DNA of 64,000 nt, from IMG/VR virus record IMGVR_UViG_3300044627_003678, one strand, 5' to 3'. The notes under the pieces were generated by a model. It saw nothing but the letters and a program-made list of their open reading frames with translations, did not search any database and was not told where the DNA came from. The DNA comes from an uncultured virus (IMG/VR IMGVR_UViG_3300044627_003678) (lineage: Duplodnaviria; Heunggongvirae; Uroviricota; Caudoviricetes). Position numbers and translations under genes: made by a program. Each line of letters opens with the position of its first letter. Positions within the stretch are counted from its first letter, which is position 1. Positions 18,219-27,641 of this stretch are shown one piece after another.

Positions 18219-20837
18219 TTGGAGATCCAATTGCATAGAAAGTTAAAACTATTTTTAGCTAGCCTTTTTGTAACAGGTTGGCTATTTTTTATTGGTCCAA
18301 GTTATGCATGGGCAACAGACAATAGCGGACAAGAACAAGTAGTTGTTAGTCCTGCTCAACAAGCAGTAAACACGGCGCTTGGGGTCGCTACCACGGAAGT
18401 TCAACAGGCTATTGCAGCCACAGACTCATCTACAGCATTAGTATCAGTAGCACAAACAGAATTATCTCAAGCTCAAGCAGCAGTTACACAAGTAACTCAA
18501 AGTATTTCAACGGCTACAACAGCAATTAATTTAGTTGATACTGCAACTGCTACAATAAATAATATTAATATAGTAACAACACCAACAGATCAAAGCTCTC
18601 AAATAGTTCAGGATGCTAAATTAACTGTTACAGCTGCTCAAACATCAATAGACAGCATTACTGTTACCGCAGCACAGACTGAAATATCTCAAGTTACTGC
18701 AGCGAAAACAGCAGCCTCTACAGCACAATCAACTGCACAGACTGAATTGACTCAGGCTAATATTGCAATTGATAATGCTCAAACAGCAGTAAATAATTTA
18801 CAAGCTACTATTGGAACAACTGTTAATGTTTTGGCTGGCGTAGATGATGCTGGCGTTCAAATGAATCTTCCGTTTGGAATGCAAATGGGTGGCACTGTTT
18901 ATAACAATGTTTACGTTGGATCTAATGCAACCGTAACATTTGGTGTCAACGAAGGTCCTAATTATTATTCTACTCCAAATGCACCATCTGTATCTATTGC
19001 TGGATGGGACTGGACAACTTGGAGTACTGGAACTGGAATTACATATTCAACTACTGGAACAAGTTTAGATATTGCTTGGGATTTAAGACCTTATCCACAA
19101 CAAGATGCTTCTACACAAATGGTTCAAATTAGATTTAATGCAGATGTAAATCCAAATGATGGCGCATGGATGGCAAACGTAACTGCAGTTGGACCAATAC
19201 CAGGCGGAGCAAGATTTAATTATAGAGAAACAACTAATGGAGCGGTAACAGAAATTACTGATACTAATACTGGCACTGGATTTGCTGGACAAATTAGTCA
19301 GGGTGCAACATTTACTCCATATGTAGATCCAAATACTTCTACAATACAGGCAGCGGTGGATACAGCAAATGCAACTATTACACAATTAAATCAAAGCCTT
19401 TCTCCAGTTGTTGCACAAAATACAACAAATACTTCCAATATAAATGCAATTAATACAACATCTTTAACTAATACCGTAAACTCAGCGGTATCAACAAAGA
19501 CTTCTTTACAGTCAACATTAAACACTAAAGCAGGACAACTTGTCTCTGCTATTAATAACAACATTCCAACACCTGCCCCAATAATATCTCAAGCAGTAGT
19601 AGATGGATCAACAGTAACTGTTATGCCAGAATTGCCATCTGGATATACACCAAACACATGGTTCTATCAAGTAGTAACTGAAGATGAAAATGCAGAAAAT
19701 CCATATGAAGGACAAACATTAAACACAGACGGGGCGCCAGAATTTATTCAATTAACTGGATTAACAGAAGGTGCTTCATATACAATTAGAATTGCAAACT
19801 GGTCTGGTCCAGTAAGCCAGTATGTTGAAACTATTATTACAATTCCACAAGAAGAAATAATTAGTGTGCCGTCACAGCCATCTTACATAACACCAATAGA
19901 GCCAATCATTGATGAACCTGTTATAGAAGAACCAATCATTGATGAACCTATTATAGAAGAACCTATTATTGATGAACCTGTTATAGAAGAACCAATCATT
20001 GATGAACCTGTTATAGAAGAACCTATTATTGAGGAACCTGTTATAGAAGAACCATCTAACGAAGAAATTTCTGTTAGCGAAGAAGCAGAAATTGTATTTG
20101 AAGAAAGCGAAGCCTTTATTGAAAACATATCCGAAAGCGGTGCAAACCTTTCCGTAGAAGATGTTCAAGAAATTATTACTGATTTAATTAGCGATAGCGG
20201 TTTAGATGCATTTGAAGTTTCTGCAGTGCTAGAAGCAATTGCTGAAGGCGGAGAGGTGTCTGCAGAAATCGCTGCTGAAGTATCTGAATCTTTATCGGAG
20301 GGTGGACTGACAGGAGCAGAAGCAGAATTTATTACAGAAATGCTTTCTGCAGATGGAGAAATAACAACTGCAGAAGTTGTTAATTTATCTGAAGCCTTAT
20401 CTGAAGACGGTAAATTTACTTTAGTGGAAAAAGATTTAGTTGCAGATGTACTAGTAACTTCAGCAGAGGGAGCACCTGTAACTGCTGCCAACATAGAAGC
20501 AGCGGGACTTGAATATCGTGATCTTCCTCCAACAATTCCAGTAGAGGTAAGAGAAGACTCTAATGGTAATCCAGTAGTTATTCAAGCAGAAGTTGCTTCC
20601 GCATTACTTGTTTTAGAAAGCCCAGCAGCAATAGCAAATGCAATTGCCACTTGCTTCAATCCAGAAGAGGCAATTGAAGGTTTAACAGAAGAACAAAAAT
20701 GTGAATTAGGCAAAGCACTACTTAACATGGGTGCCGATATGTCTATTCCAGAACGTGAAAAAGCAGAAGATATCGTAGTAGTAACAATAATAGCTGGCCA
20801 GATAGTTCTTGGCACAGCATATAGAAGGAAGGTATAA
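18219..20837 (+). CDS. large secreted/membrane-anchored protein (coiled coil, beta domain, FN3-like, acidic repeats)
   Basis: signal peptide (AWA), Ala/Thr/Gln coiled coil, LTGLTEGASYTIRI FN3-like, P(I/V)I(D/E)E repeats, C-terminal hydrophobic segment plus RRK. Confidence 0.7.
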   Translation: MEIQLHRKLKLFLASLFVTGWLFFIGPSYAWATDNSGQEQVVVSPAQQAVNTALGVATTEVQQAIAATDSSTALVSVAQTELSQAQAAVTQVTQSISTATTAINLVDTATATINNINIVTTPTDQSSQIVQDAKLTVTAAQTSIDSITVTAAQTEISQVTAAKTAASTAQSTAQTELTQANIAIDNAQTAVNNLQATIGTTVNVLAGVDDAGVQMNLPFGMQMGGTVYNNVYVGSNATVTFGVNEGPNYYSTPNAPSVSIAGWDWTTWSTGTGITYSTTGTSLDIAWDLRPYPQQDASTQMVQIRFNADVNPNDGAWMANVTAVGPIPGGARFNYRETTNGAVTEITDTNTGTGFAGQISQGATFTPYVDPNTSTIQAAVDTANATITQLNQSLSPVVAQNTTNTSNINAINTTSLTNTVNSAVSTKTSLQSTLNTKAGQLVSAINNNIPTPAPIISQAVVDGSTVTVMPELPSGYTPNTWFYQVVTEDENAENPYEGQTLNTDGAPEFIQLTGLTEGASYTIRIANWSGPVSQYVETIITIPQEEIISVPSQPSYITPIEPIIDEPVIEEPIIDEPIIEEPIIDEPVIEEPIIDEPVIEEPIIEEPVIEEPSNEEISVSEEAEIVFEESEAFIENISESGANLSVEDVQEIITDLISDSGLDAFEVSAVLEAIAEGGEVSAEIAAEVSESLSEGGLTGAEAEFITEMLSADGEITTAEVVNLSEALSEDGKFTLVEKDLVADVLVTSAEGAPVTAANIEAAGLEYRDLPPTIPVEVREDSNGNPVVIQAEVASALLVLESPAAIANAIATCFNPEEAIEGLTEEQKCELGKALLNMGADMSIPEREKAEDIVVVTIIAGQIVLGTAYRRKV
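19902..20051 (+). repeat. 10 x 15-bp coding tandem repeat (P-I/V-I-D/E-E)
   Basis: ccaatcattgatgaa / cctgttatagaagaa alternating units. Confidence 0.95.
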
Positions 20838-20844
20838 TAAGAAT

Positions 20845-21030
20845 ATGAAATGGTTAAAAAAATGGAGCCTAGCCGCTCTAAATGAAAACTTTACATTCCT
20901 TGGATTTTTTGTAGCCTGGGTAGTATTAGAGGGTAGCGCAAAAACCGTTGTAGGTTATGTAACCCTAGCCTCAGTAGCCTTATGGTTTATGACTATAGGC
21001 ATTAGAGAAAAAGCAGAAAAAGAAGAGTAA
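20845..21030 (+). CDS. small 2-TM membrane protein
   Basis: hydrophobic segments; TATAAT 7 nt upstream of the ATG. Confidence 0.65.
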   Translation: MKWLKKWSLAALNENFTFLGFFVAWVVLEGSAKTVVGYVTLASVALWFMTIGIREKAEKEE

Positions 21031-21065
21031 TAGCATACTAACCCTACATTTGCTATAATAGACTT

Positions 21066-21263
21066 ATGAAAAAAATAAAGGTGTTTTTAGCATCTAGCCT
21101 TTTAGTATTGTCTATTAGTGGATGTGGCTATGATGGTCATTATAGATATCCATGTCAAGATCCTACTAATTGGCAAAGTGCAGAATGCAAACCACCAATC
21201 TGTACGGCTAATGGAGCATGTCCAGAAGATCTAGCAGAAACAAAGGAAACAGTAAATGGCTAA
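21066..21263 (+). CDS. small Cys-rich lipoprotein
   Basis: lipobox-like LSISGC, then RYPCQDP..C.PPIC...G.C. Confidence 0.7.
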   Translation: MKKIKVFLASSLLVLSISGCGYDGHYRYPCQDPTNWQSAECKPPICTANGACPEDLAETKETVNG

Positions 21264-21663
21264 AGAAAGATTATCCCCTCAAGATTTAGATGCAAGATTA
21301 AAGTTTATTCTAGGAATTACTTTAGGATCAATTTTATTTATAACTTCAACAGGCATTATGTATGCTTTAATATTTGTTACACAACCAATCACTGGACAAT
21401 CCGAAAATGATAAAATGTTCTTTAACGTATTAGGTAGCGTTGCTACATTTATTACTGGAACATTGGCTGGACTTCTTATTGGTTCATCTGGCGCTAAAGA
21501 TGTTATGGCAGCACAAATTGCAAACAAAGAAATTGATGCAAAAAATACACAAGCAGATAAAAAATTAGAAGCTGAAATTGATGATGCAAAGTCACGTAGA
21601 TTGGCTAAACCAGATGGCGCAATGCCAGCAGAGCAACCAGTAGACACTAGCTGGGACAAGTAA
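21256..21663 (+). CDS. 2-TM membrane protein (holin-like)
   Basis: two TM helices, directly upstream of the CHAP enzyme. Confidence 0.55.
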   Translation: MAKERLSPQDLDARLKFILGITLGSILFITSTGIMYALIFVTQPITGQSENDKMFFNVLGSVATFITGTLAGLLIGSSGAKDVMAAQIANKEIDAKNTQADKKLEAEIDDAKSRRLAKPDGAMPAEQPVDTSWDK

Positions 21664-22247
21664 TGTCAGAGCAAGGAACTGCAGCAAAATTAGTTGAAAT
21701 TGCAACAGCAGAAATAGGTACCGTAGAAGGTCCTAAAGACAATGAAACTAAATATGGTAAATTTACCAAAGCAGATTTTCAACCTTGGTGTGGATCATTT
21801 GTTAATTGGTGTGCAAACGAAGCTGGAGTAAAGATTCCAAATACGGTATATACTCCTGGTGGCGCACAAGCATTTAAGAAAGCAAACTCATGGATCGATG
21901 GAGACCTCGCAGATCCAGAGCCAGGAGATATTGCTTATTTTGATTTCCCATCAGACGGTGTTGATAGAATATCACACGTAGGAATAGTTGCAATAGATAA
22001 CGGTGATGGAACTGTTTGGTGCATTGAAGGTAATACTTCTGGAGATCCTAAAGGAAGCCAAAGAAATGGCGGAGAAGTTTGTAAAAAGCTTCGTGCATAT
22101 AAAAAAAATAAAAAGAATATAATGGTTTCAATTGTTGGATTTGGAAGACCTAAATTTGGAGCAAGCATTGCTAAAAAATCTGAGCCTGCTGCAAAAACAA
22201 CTAAAAAGGTAAAGACTTGTTCAGAGTGTGGTCAAGTAGTTAAATAA
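21663..22247 (+). CDS. CHAP-domain peptidoglycan amidase (endolysin)
   Basis: PWCGSFV, PEPGDI, SHVGIV, IEGNT. Confidence 0.9.
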   Translation: MSEQGTAAKLVEIATAEIGTVEGPKDNETKYGKFTKADFQPWCGSFVNWCANEAGVKIPNTVYTPGGAQAFKKANSWIDGDLADPEPGDIAYFDFPSDGVDRISHVGIVAIDNGDGTVWCIEGNTSGDPKGSQRNGGEVCKKLRAYKKNKKNIMVSIVGFGRPKFGASIAKKSEPAAKTTKKVKTCSECGQVVK

Positions 22248-22391
22248 ATGAATATTTATAGAGTAAAATTAGAAGTAGAGGTAGAAGTAGAAGCCTTTGA
22301 CGAAAATGATGCTCTAGACTATGCAAATGATATATTTGGCGTAGATGACGAAATAAAAAACGTTAAAATAATTAACGTTAAGGAGAAATAA
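22248..22391 (+). CDS. small acidic protein (47 aa, not in ORF track)
   Basis: MNIYRVKLEVEVEVEAFDENDALDYAND...; fills gap, coupled to the next gene. Confidence 0.6.
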   Translation: MNIYRVKLEVEVEVEAFDENDALDYANDIFGVDDEIKNVKIINVKEK

Positions 22392-23053
22392 TGGCAAAAG
22401 AAGGATATAAGCCAACGTCAGGAATGCAATCAGCAGCACGTCGTGCTATTAAATTAAAAGAGCAAGGCAAAGCAAAAGGTGCTGGCACAGCAGTAGGTTG
22501 GACTCGTGCAGGACAACTAGCAAGAGGCGAAACTCTAAGTTTATCTACGGTTAAAAGAATGTATTCTTATTTTTCACGCCATGAAGTAGATAAAAAAGGT
22601 AAAGACTGGAATAATGCAGAAAGCCCATCTAATGGAAAAATTATGTGGTTAGCATGGGGTGGGGACGCAGGGTTCTCATGGTCCAGAAAAATAGTTAACA
22701 GGGAGAAAACAATGAAAAAGAATTTAGAATTAAATGAAATCGTAGAAGAAATTAAAGATATACTTGATGATGTAGTAAATCCAATTACTAAGGTAATTGA
22801 GATTGAAGACGATATAGTAAAGTCAATTGATTCTAAGCTAGAAGATCTTACAGATGAAGAGATTTCAAAGTCTTACGAATCAGATAATGAAGATGAAGAT
22901 AAATGGGATAATATGGAAAAAGCTTGCTGGTCTGGATACAAGCAGGTCGGAATGAAAGATAAAGGCGGAAAACGAGTACCTAATTGTGTACCAATTAAAA
23001 AGTCTTTATTTGGCACAGATGGACCTCAAACATTAATACCTAAAAATAAATAA
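22391..23053 (+). CDS. phage protein with head-associated-like N-domain and CW.GY..VPNCVP motif
   Basis: TVKRMYSYFSRHEVDK...LAWGGDAG domain; CWSGYKQVGMK..VPNCVP; AAGGAG SD. Confidence 0.6.
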   Translation: MAKEGYKPTSGMQSAARRAIKLKEQGKAKGAGTAVGWTRAGQLARGETLSLSTVKRMYSYFSRHEVDKKGKDWNNAESPSNGKIMWLAWGGDAGFSWSRKIVNREKTMKKNLELNEIVEEIKDILDDVVNPITKVIEIEDDIVKSIDSKLEDLTDEEISKSYESDNEDEDKWDNMEKACWSGYKQVGMKDKGGKRVPNCVPIKKSLFGTDGPQTLIPKNK

Positions 23054-23062
23054 TAAAATCAG

Positions 23063-23106
23063 TTGACAAGGACTAAAAGATCCCTGTATAATAGTATACA
23101 GGGATT
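23063..23106 (+). promoter_or_regulatory. sigma-70-type promoter with palindrome over -10/+1 (upstream of the whiB operon)
   Basis: TTGACA-N18-TATAAT; ATCCCTGTATA-ATAG-TATACAGGGAT inverted repeat. Confidence 0.7.
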
Positions 23107-23128
23107 CGCCTTTTATATTTAAGGAAAA

Positions 23129-23359
23129 ATGTTACATTTAAATGAACGTGGTGTAGAAGTATTTATAAATAAATATAAATCAATTACCAATGATGCATAT
23201 TGGAACAATTATGATTTAATTATTTGGAAAAAAAATAATAATGCATTTTTTAATATAAAAGGAATATTTAATAAAGCTTGGGGAATGGCAGATAGAGTAT
23301 CTGTAGATAATAAAGGAATGTGGGTTCTACCTAAACAATATGTCAAATATTTTAAATAA
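23129..23359 (+). CDS. hypothetical protein
   Basis: AAGGA SD, ORF. Confidence 0.65.
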   Translation: MLHLNERGVEVFINKYKSITNDAYWNNYDLIIWKKNNNAFFNIKGIFNKAWGMADRVSVDNKGMWVLPKQYVKYFK

Positions 23360-23651
23360 TTTAGGGGTAGACAAAGACGATTTAGACTGGTGGCACCTTG
23401 CAGTTTGTAGAGGCATGGACACTAACTTATTTTATGATAAATATGAAAATGATCCTAAAATTGCAAAAAATGTTGACGAAGCATGTCTAGCTTGCCCAGT
23501 TATAGCAATGTGTTATAAATCTGGATCTGATGGCGATGAGTATGGCGTATGGGGCGGAGTTTATTTAAACTCTGGATCGATTGATAAAACTAGAAATTTA
23601 CATAAGACAACTGATACATGGAAAAGATTGAAAAAGAAAAATGTTTATTGA
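23340..23651 (+). CDS. whiB: WhiB-family Fe-S transcription factor
   Basis: W..LAVC...C..C.V...C...EYGVWGG. Confidence 0.93.
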   Translation: MSNILNNLGVDKDDLDWWHLAVCRGMDTNLFYDKYENDPKIAKNVDEACLACPVIAMCYKSGSDGDEYGVWGGVYLNSGSIDKTRNLHKTTDTWKRLKKKNVY

Positions 23652-23961
23652 TAAAGATAAAAATCATTTTAAACATGGGATTAATCAATGGACTGGGGAA
23701 CCCAACAAGCCAGTATTTTATACACCAGAAATGTCAAAAGCAATAAGAGGAATTACCAAACCAGCAAACAACTTACAAATGGATATAGTAAAGTATCCAG
23801 AATTTTTAGCAATAAGATTATATGAAGACAACTTTGTACAATTTGAAGGCGTTAAAAAAGAAATGGTCATAGATTATGTAGCAAAAGTAAAAAAGCTACT
23901 TGAGTCATATGGAGTAAGATGTGAGCTGGAAGGAGTGCCTAGTGAAAGAATACTACGATAG
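23641..23961 (+). CDS. hypothetical protein
   Basis: coupled ORF. Confidence 0.65.
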   Translation: MFIDKDKNHFKHGINQWTGEPNKPVFYTPEMSKAIRGITKPANNLQMDIVKYPEFLAIRLYEDNFVQFEGVKKEMVIDYVAKVKKLLESYGVRCELEGVPSERILR

Positions 23962-24145
23962 AGTATTAATTGTATTTATTCATGATCTAGGAGTTTATGG
24001 AACTACAGAAAAACTAGGAGCATTTGCCTCTATAGTAAAATATAAGAAAGATGAAATGGAGTACGAAGAAATGATAGATAATTCAGAATTTTCAATTATG
24101 GATGAAATTGTATTTTCACATGTAGAAGAGGAATATAATGGATAA
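23921..24145 (+). CDS. hypothetical protein
   Basis: coupled ORF (start uncertain). Confidence 0.55.
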   Translation: MSWKECLVKEYYDRVLIVFIHDLGVYGTTEKLGAFASIVKYKKDEMEYEEMIDNSEFSIMDEIVFSHVEEEYNG

Positions 24146-24374
24146 GGTTCTTTGCTATTCTTGTAATAAAACTAAAAATAAGTTAAATCTTAAAAAGTCT
24201 ACATTGCTTCCAATAAATTTATTTATGTGTGATGGATGTATAGAATCAAAATTTGAACCAAGATGGCTAGTAATCATTACTGGTAGACAAAACGGGCCAG
24301 AAAGCGTTAGAGAATTTGTTTTAAAAAAGAAATATGTTGGAGATGAAATTTCTGCTTCTGAGTTATTAATTTAG
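24138..24374 (+). CDS. zinc-finger hypothetical protein
   Basis: CYSC...CDGC. Confidence 0.65.
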   Translation: MDKVLCYSCNKTKNKLNLKKSTLLPINLFMCDGCIESKFEPRWLVIITGRQNGPESVREFVLKKKYVGDEISASELLI

Positions 24375-24404
24375 TATACATTCTACGGTATAATATGATA
24401 TATA

Positions 24405-24716
24405 ATGAATCTGGATCTGAACTCTATAATTATTGCAATATCTGCTGCGATATTGTCTGGCATGGGGACGGCAATTATTGCTGGTCTGAACGAAAATAAA
24501 AGAGAAAAAAATAGAAAACAAGAGCGTGAGCAGGACCATTTAAAATTAGAAGTAAAAGACCTAAAAATTGAATTGTATCAAATAGAAAAAGAATTAACTG
24601 AATGGAAAGATAAATATTATAATGCTATTCAGGAATTAATTTTAATTAAATCTGAGCTAGAAGATGCCCTGAGAAACCTTTCAGAAATGGATTCAAACGA
24701 GGTTTTGGACAGATAA
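24405..24716 (+). CDS. TM plus coiled-coil protein
   Basis: N-terminal TM helix followed by heptads. Confidence 0.65.
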   Translation: MNLDLNSIIIAISAAILSGMGTAIIAGLNENKREKNRKQEREQDHLKLEVKDLKIELYQIEKELTEWKDKYYNAIQELILIKSELEDALRNLSEMDSNEVLDR

Positions 24717-24741
24717 TTTTTAATTTAGTATACTAGTCTGT

Positions 24742-25311
24742 ATGACAGCAGTGGTAGCCCTTATTCATGAAAATAAAGTCCTTCTAGGAGGAGATTCTGC
24801 TGCATCCGATGATAAAACAGGATTAATTTTTTCACGCACAGATCCAAAAGTTTTTAGAGTAGGTCAGTTTGGAATTGCATTTGTTGATAGCTTTAGAATG
24901 GGACAAATTCTTCAATATAACTGGACGCCACCAATTTACAAACCAACAGCAGGATTTAAAAATTTAGAAAAATTTATGCGTACCAAGTTTGTTGAATCAA
25001 TTAAAGAAACATTTAAAGAACAAGGATATGGCAATCAAACTGCAGGCTCTACAGAAGATGGCGATGAAGGCGGAGTTTTCTTAATAGCAGTTCAGGGTGC
25101 AGGTAGAATATTTACTATGGATAGCGATTTTCATATAGGAGAAGCAGACATTCAATACATGGCAGAAGGCGCTGGGCAAGAGTTGTCTTTAGGATCACTA
25201 TACTCAACATCATCTATTAAAACACCCCGTAAACGGGTCAGGATGGCTCTAGAAGCGGCTGCAAAATTTAACATGGCAGTTAGAGCACCATTTACAATAA
25301 TTGAAATTTAG
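24742..25311 (+). CDS. Ntn-hydrolase threonine protease (HslV/proteasome-beta-like)
   Basis: Thr at position 2, GGDS, PKVF, AEGAG, ALEAA. Confidence 0.75.
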   Translation: MTAVVALIHENKVLLGGDSAASDDKTGLIFSRTDPKVFRVGQFGIAFVDSFRMGQILQYNWTPPIYKPTAGFKNLEKFMRTKFVESIKETFKEQGYGNQTAGSTEDGDEGGVFLIAVQGAGRIFTMDSDFHIGEADIQYMAEGAGQELSLGSLYSTSSIKTPRKRVRMALEAAAKFNMAVRAPFTIIEI

Positions 25312-25326
25312 AGTATAATTAAATAT

Positions 25327-25530
25327 ATGGACATTAATAATCTTAAGCCAGAAAATTATAACATGGCTATGGATTTAAGAGGAACACCAACTCATGTTTG
25401 TCCTTGTGGATGTTTTATATGGAATCTAAAAGTAATCTTTGAAGATTTTGATATTGCAACATATTTTTTAGATATGGAATGTGCAAACTGTGGTAGTTTA
25501 GCAACGGCTCCCACCCCAACAGACAGGTAA
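25327..25530 (+). CDS. zinc-ribbon protein
   Basis: DLRG.PTHVCPCG...CANCG...APTP. Confidence 0.7.
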   Translation: MDINNLKPENYNMAMDLRGTPTHVCPCGCFIWNLKVIFEDFDIATYFLDMECANCGSLATAPTPTDR

Positions 25531-25533
25531 AAA

Positions 25534-25704
25534 ATGAGAAAATCAGAAAGATTACGATTGTTAGAAATGCAAATAATCAAACTAGAGTTTGAGATAGATT
25601 TATTAAACAACATGCTTGCTGCATTATTAGAGGCAAACAATTTACCACAACCTCAATTAGACGCTGGTAAGTGGTACCAGAGACGGATAGATAGAAACTC
25701 TTGA
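25534..25704 (+). CDS. small coiled-coil protein (not in ORF track)
   Basis: MRKSERLRLLEMQIIKLEFEIDLL...KWYQRRIDRNS. Confidence 0.6.
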   Translation: MRKSERLRLLEMQIIKLEFEIDLLNNMLAALLEANNLPQPQLDAGKWYQRRIDRNS

Positions 25705-25736
25705 CAGATTTAGGTATGTTTTAGTAAAATGTACCT

Positions 25737-26870
25737 ATGAATAAAAAACTAATAACTGCAATATCAATACTATCACTAACACTATCTACTACATTTATTG
25801 CTGTAGAGGCGAAAGCTAATCAAGTACCCTCAACAATAGCAATTCTAGACACTGCATTAGACACTTCCCTACCAATTTTTAAAGATAAAATTGCATATGA
25901 AGTTTGTGTTTTAGAATTGGCCTCATGTCCAAATGGACAAAAGTTCATGGAAGGCCCAGGATCTACTGTACTTCCATTTGATATTATTTCTAAAAATGGT
26001 TTCGATCACGGAACACAAATGGCATCAGTTGCAGTAGCAACCAATCCAAATATTAAAATTGTTTTTGTAAGAATTATTGGAAACAATCCATCTGGTTCAA
26101 GACAAGCAACTGGAGAAACTGGTGTTTCTTTAGCATTAAAATGGGTATTAGATAATAAGTCTCGTTTTAATATACAGAGTGTTGCAATGTCTCAATCAAA
26201 TCATGCAATACTAACAACATTAACAGACTATTGCCCTACAACACCAATGTTGCGTGGAGTAGTATCTTCATTAGTTTCTTCAGGCACACCAGTGTTTTTT
26301 CCAGCAGGAAACAACAGAGACCTTTCAAGGTTATCTTGGCCAGCATGTATTAACGATTCAATATCAGTTGGAATGGCAGACCAGTATGAGCAAATAGATA
26401 ACTTTTCTAACTTTGATAAAGATAGATTAGACTTTTATGCTCTTGGAAATATGAAAGTTGCGGTTCCAGGAGGTTCTGTAAAAAATGCAGCAGGGTCATC
26501 AATTTCTACGCAAGTTGCTGCTGCTACATGGGCTGGAATTAAAATTTCAAATCCTTCTTTAACTTATCAACAAGTTTTAGATATGCTAAATAATGCTTCA
26601 AAGCCAATCCGTGGTGCTAGGGGGCAATATGGTAAACTTATCTCTAGTGCCCCTATTGAAATTGCACCAAGTGCTCCAATAGTAACAAAACCAGTCGCTC
26701 CAGTAACTAAAACTGCAGAGCAATTGGCTGCCGAAGCAAAGGCTGCTCTTACAATTGAGGCTAACAAAGCAATTTCAGAGGCGGAAGCAAGATATCAAGC
26801 TGAAGTTAAACTGGCTGCAGATAAACTGGCTGCAATTAAATTGGAGTGGGCTAAAAAAATAAATGGCTAA
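25737..26870 (+). CDS. secreted subtilisin-like S8 peptidase
   Basis: signal peptide; AILDT, HGTQMA, PAGN, GSS; helical C-terminal tail. Confidence 0.85.
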   Translation: MNKKLITAISILSLTLSTTFIAVEAKANQVPSTIAILDTALDTSLPIFKDKIAYEVCVLELASCPNGQKFMEGPGSTVLPFDIISKNGFDHGTQMASVAVATNPNIKIVFVRIIGNNPSGSRQATGETGVSLALKWVLDNKSRFNIQSVAMSQSNHAILTTLTDYCPTTPMLRGVVSSLVSSGTPVFFPAGNNRDLSRLSWPACINDSISVGMADQYEQIDNFSNFDKDRLDFYALGNMKVAVPGGSVKNAAGSSISTQVAAATWAGIKISNPSLTYQQVLDMLNNASKPIRGARGQYGKLISSAPIEIAPSAPIVTKPVAPVTKTAEQLAAEAKAALTIEANKAISEAEARYQAEVKLAADKLAAIKLEWAKKING

Positions 26871-27069
26871 CATGACAGTGCTAGAAGAAATAATTAAAGA
26901 AATCGGTGAGGAGTTGTACCAGAAATGGTACAACGCCCTTGCAATAGAAGACAGAACAGAAGAATCTTCTAAGGCTATGTCTATAAATGCTGGAGAAACA
27001 ACATTTTGGGTAGTTCAAACATTTATGAATAAATTTAATGCAGCAGCAGAGGAACTAAAAGACAAATAA
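26863..27069 (+). CDS. hypothetical protein
   Basis: coupled ORF. Confidence 0.6.
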   Translation: MANMTVLEEIIKEIGEELYQKWYNALAIEDRTEESSKAMSINAGETTFWVVQTFMNKFNAAAEELKDK

Positions 27070-27374
27070 TGCTAGAGATCAATGACCAAAATTTTGATAA
27101 AACATTAACTCTTCACAATGTTTTAGTTGTTGATTTTTGGGCAACATGGTGCAGGCCATGTAAAATGTTTTCTCCTATTTTAGAAGAAATTTCTAAAGAA
27201 AATAATATTTGGATTGCCAAAATAGATGTAGATCAAAATCCAATACAGGCTTCAAAATACAACATAACCTCAGTTCCAACAACAATTATATTTGAAAATG
27301 GTAAAGAGGTTAAAAAAATACTTGGCGCAAAACCTAAACATCAAATGATTGAGGAGTTAAGTAAATGGCTATAG
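27069..27374 (+). CDS. trxA: thioredoxin
   Basis: VVDFWATWCRPC, VPT, GAKPK. Confidence 0.93.
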   Translation: MLEINDQNFDKTLTLHNVLVVDFWATWCRPCKMFSPILEEISKENNIWIAKIDVDQNPIQASKYNITSVPTTIIFENGKEVKKILGAKPKHQMIEELSKWL

Positions 27375-27541
27375 ATTTTTTAGATGTTCAATCTTGGTAT
27401 GAGTATGGTCGTGAAAAAAATTGGGTATCAGAGGTATTTTGCGACACACATGAAGGACCACCACTTTCTGATGAAGAAATGGAAGAATGGGAAGAGGGCG
27501 GAGATCCTTGTAGCTTTCATGTAAAACTTTGGGATCAATAA
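27365..27541 (+). CDS. small acidic protein (not in ORF track)
   Basis: MAIDFLDVQSWYEYG...FCDTHEGPPLSDEE...GGDPC. Confidence 0.6.
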   Translation: MAIDFLDVQSWYEYGREKNWVSEVFCDTHEGPPLSDEEMEEWEEGGDPCSFHVKLWDQ

Positions 27542-27641
27542 AGACAACAAATTGCTTGGTTAAACGTTTATATATATGGGTGTACACCCAAAATAGAATT
27601 CCATTTTGTAAAAAAATGGATAAAAAGGAGAAATAAAAAAT

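Noticed and set aside
19902..20051. 15-bp repeat as a regulatory or diversity array
   Set aside because: In-frame low-complexity peptide linker within a CDS
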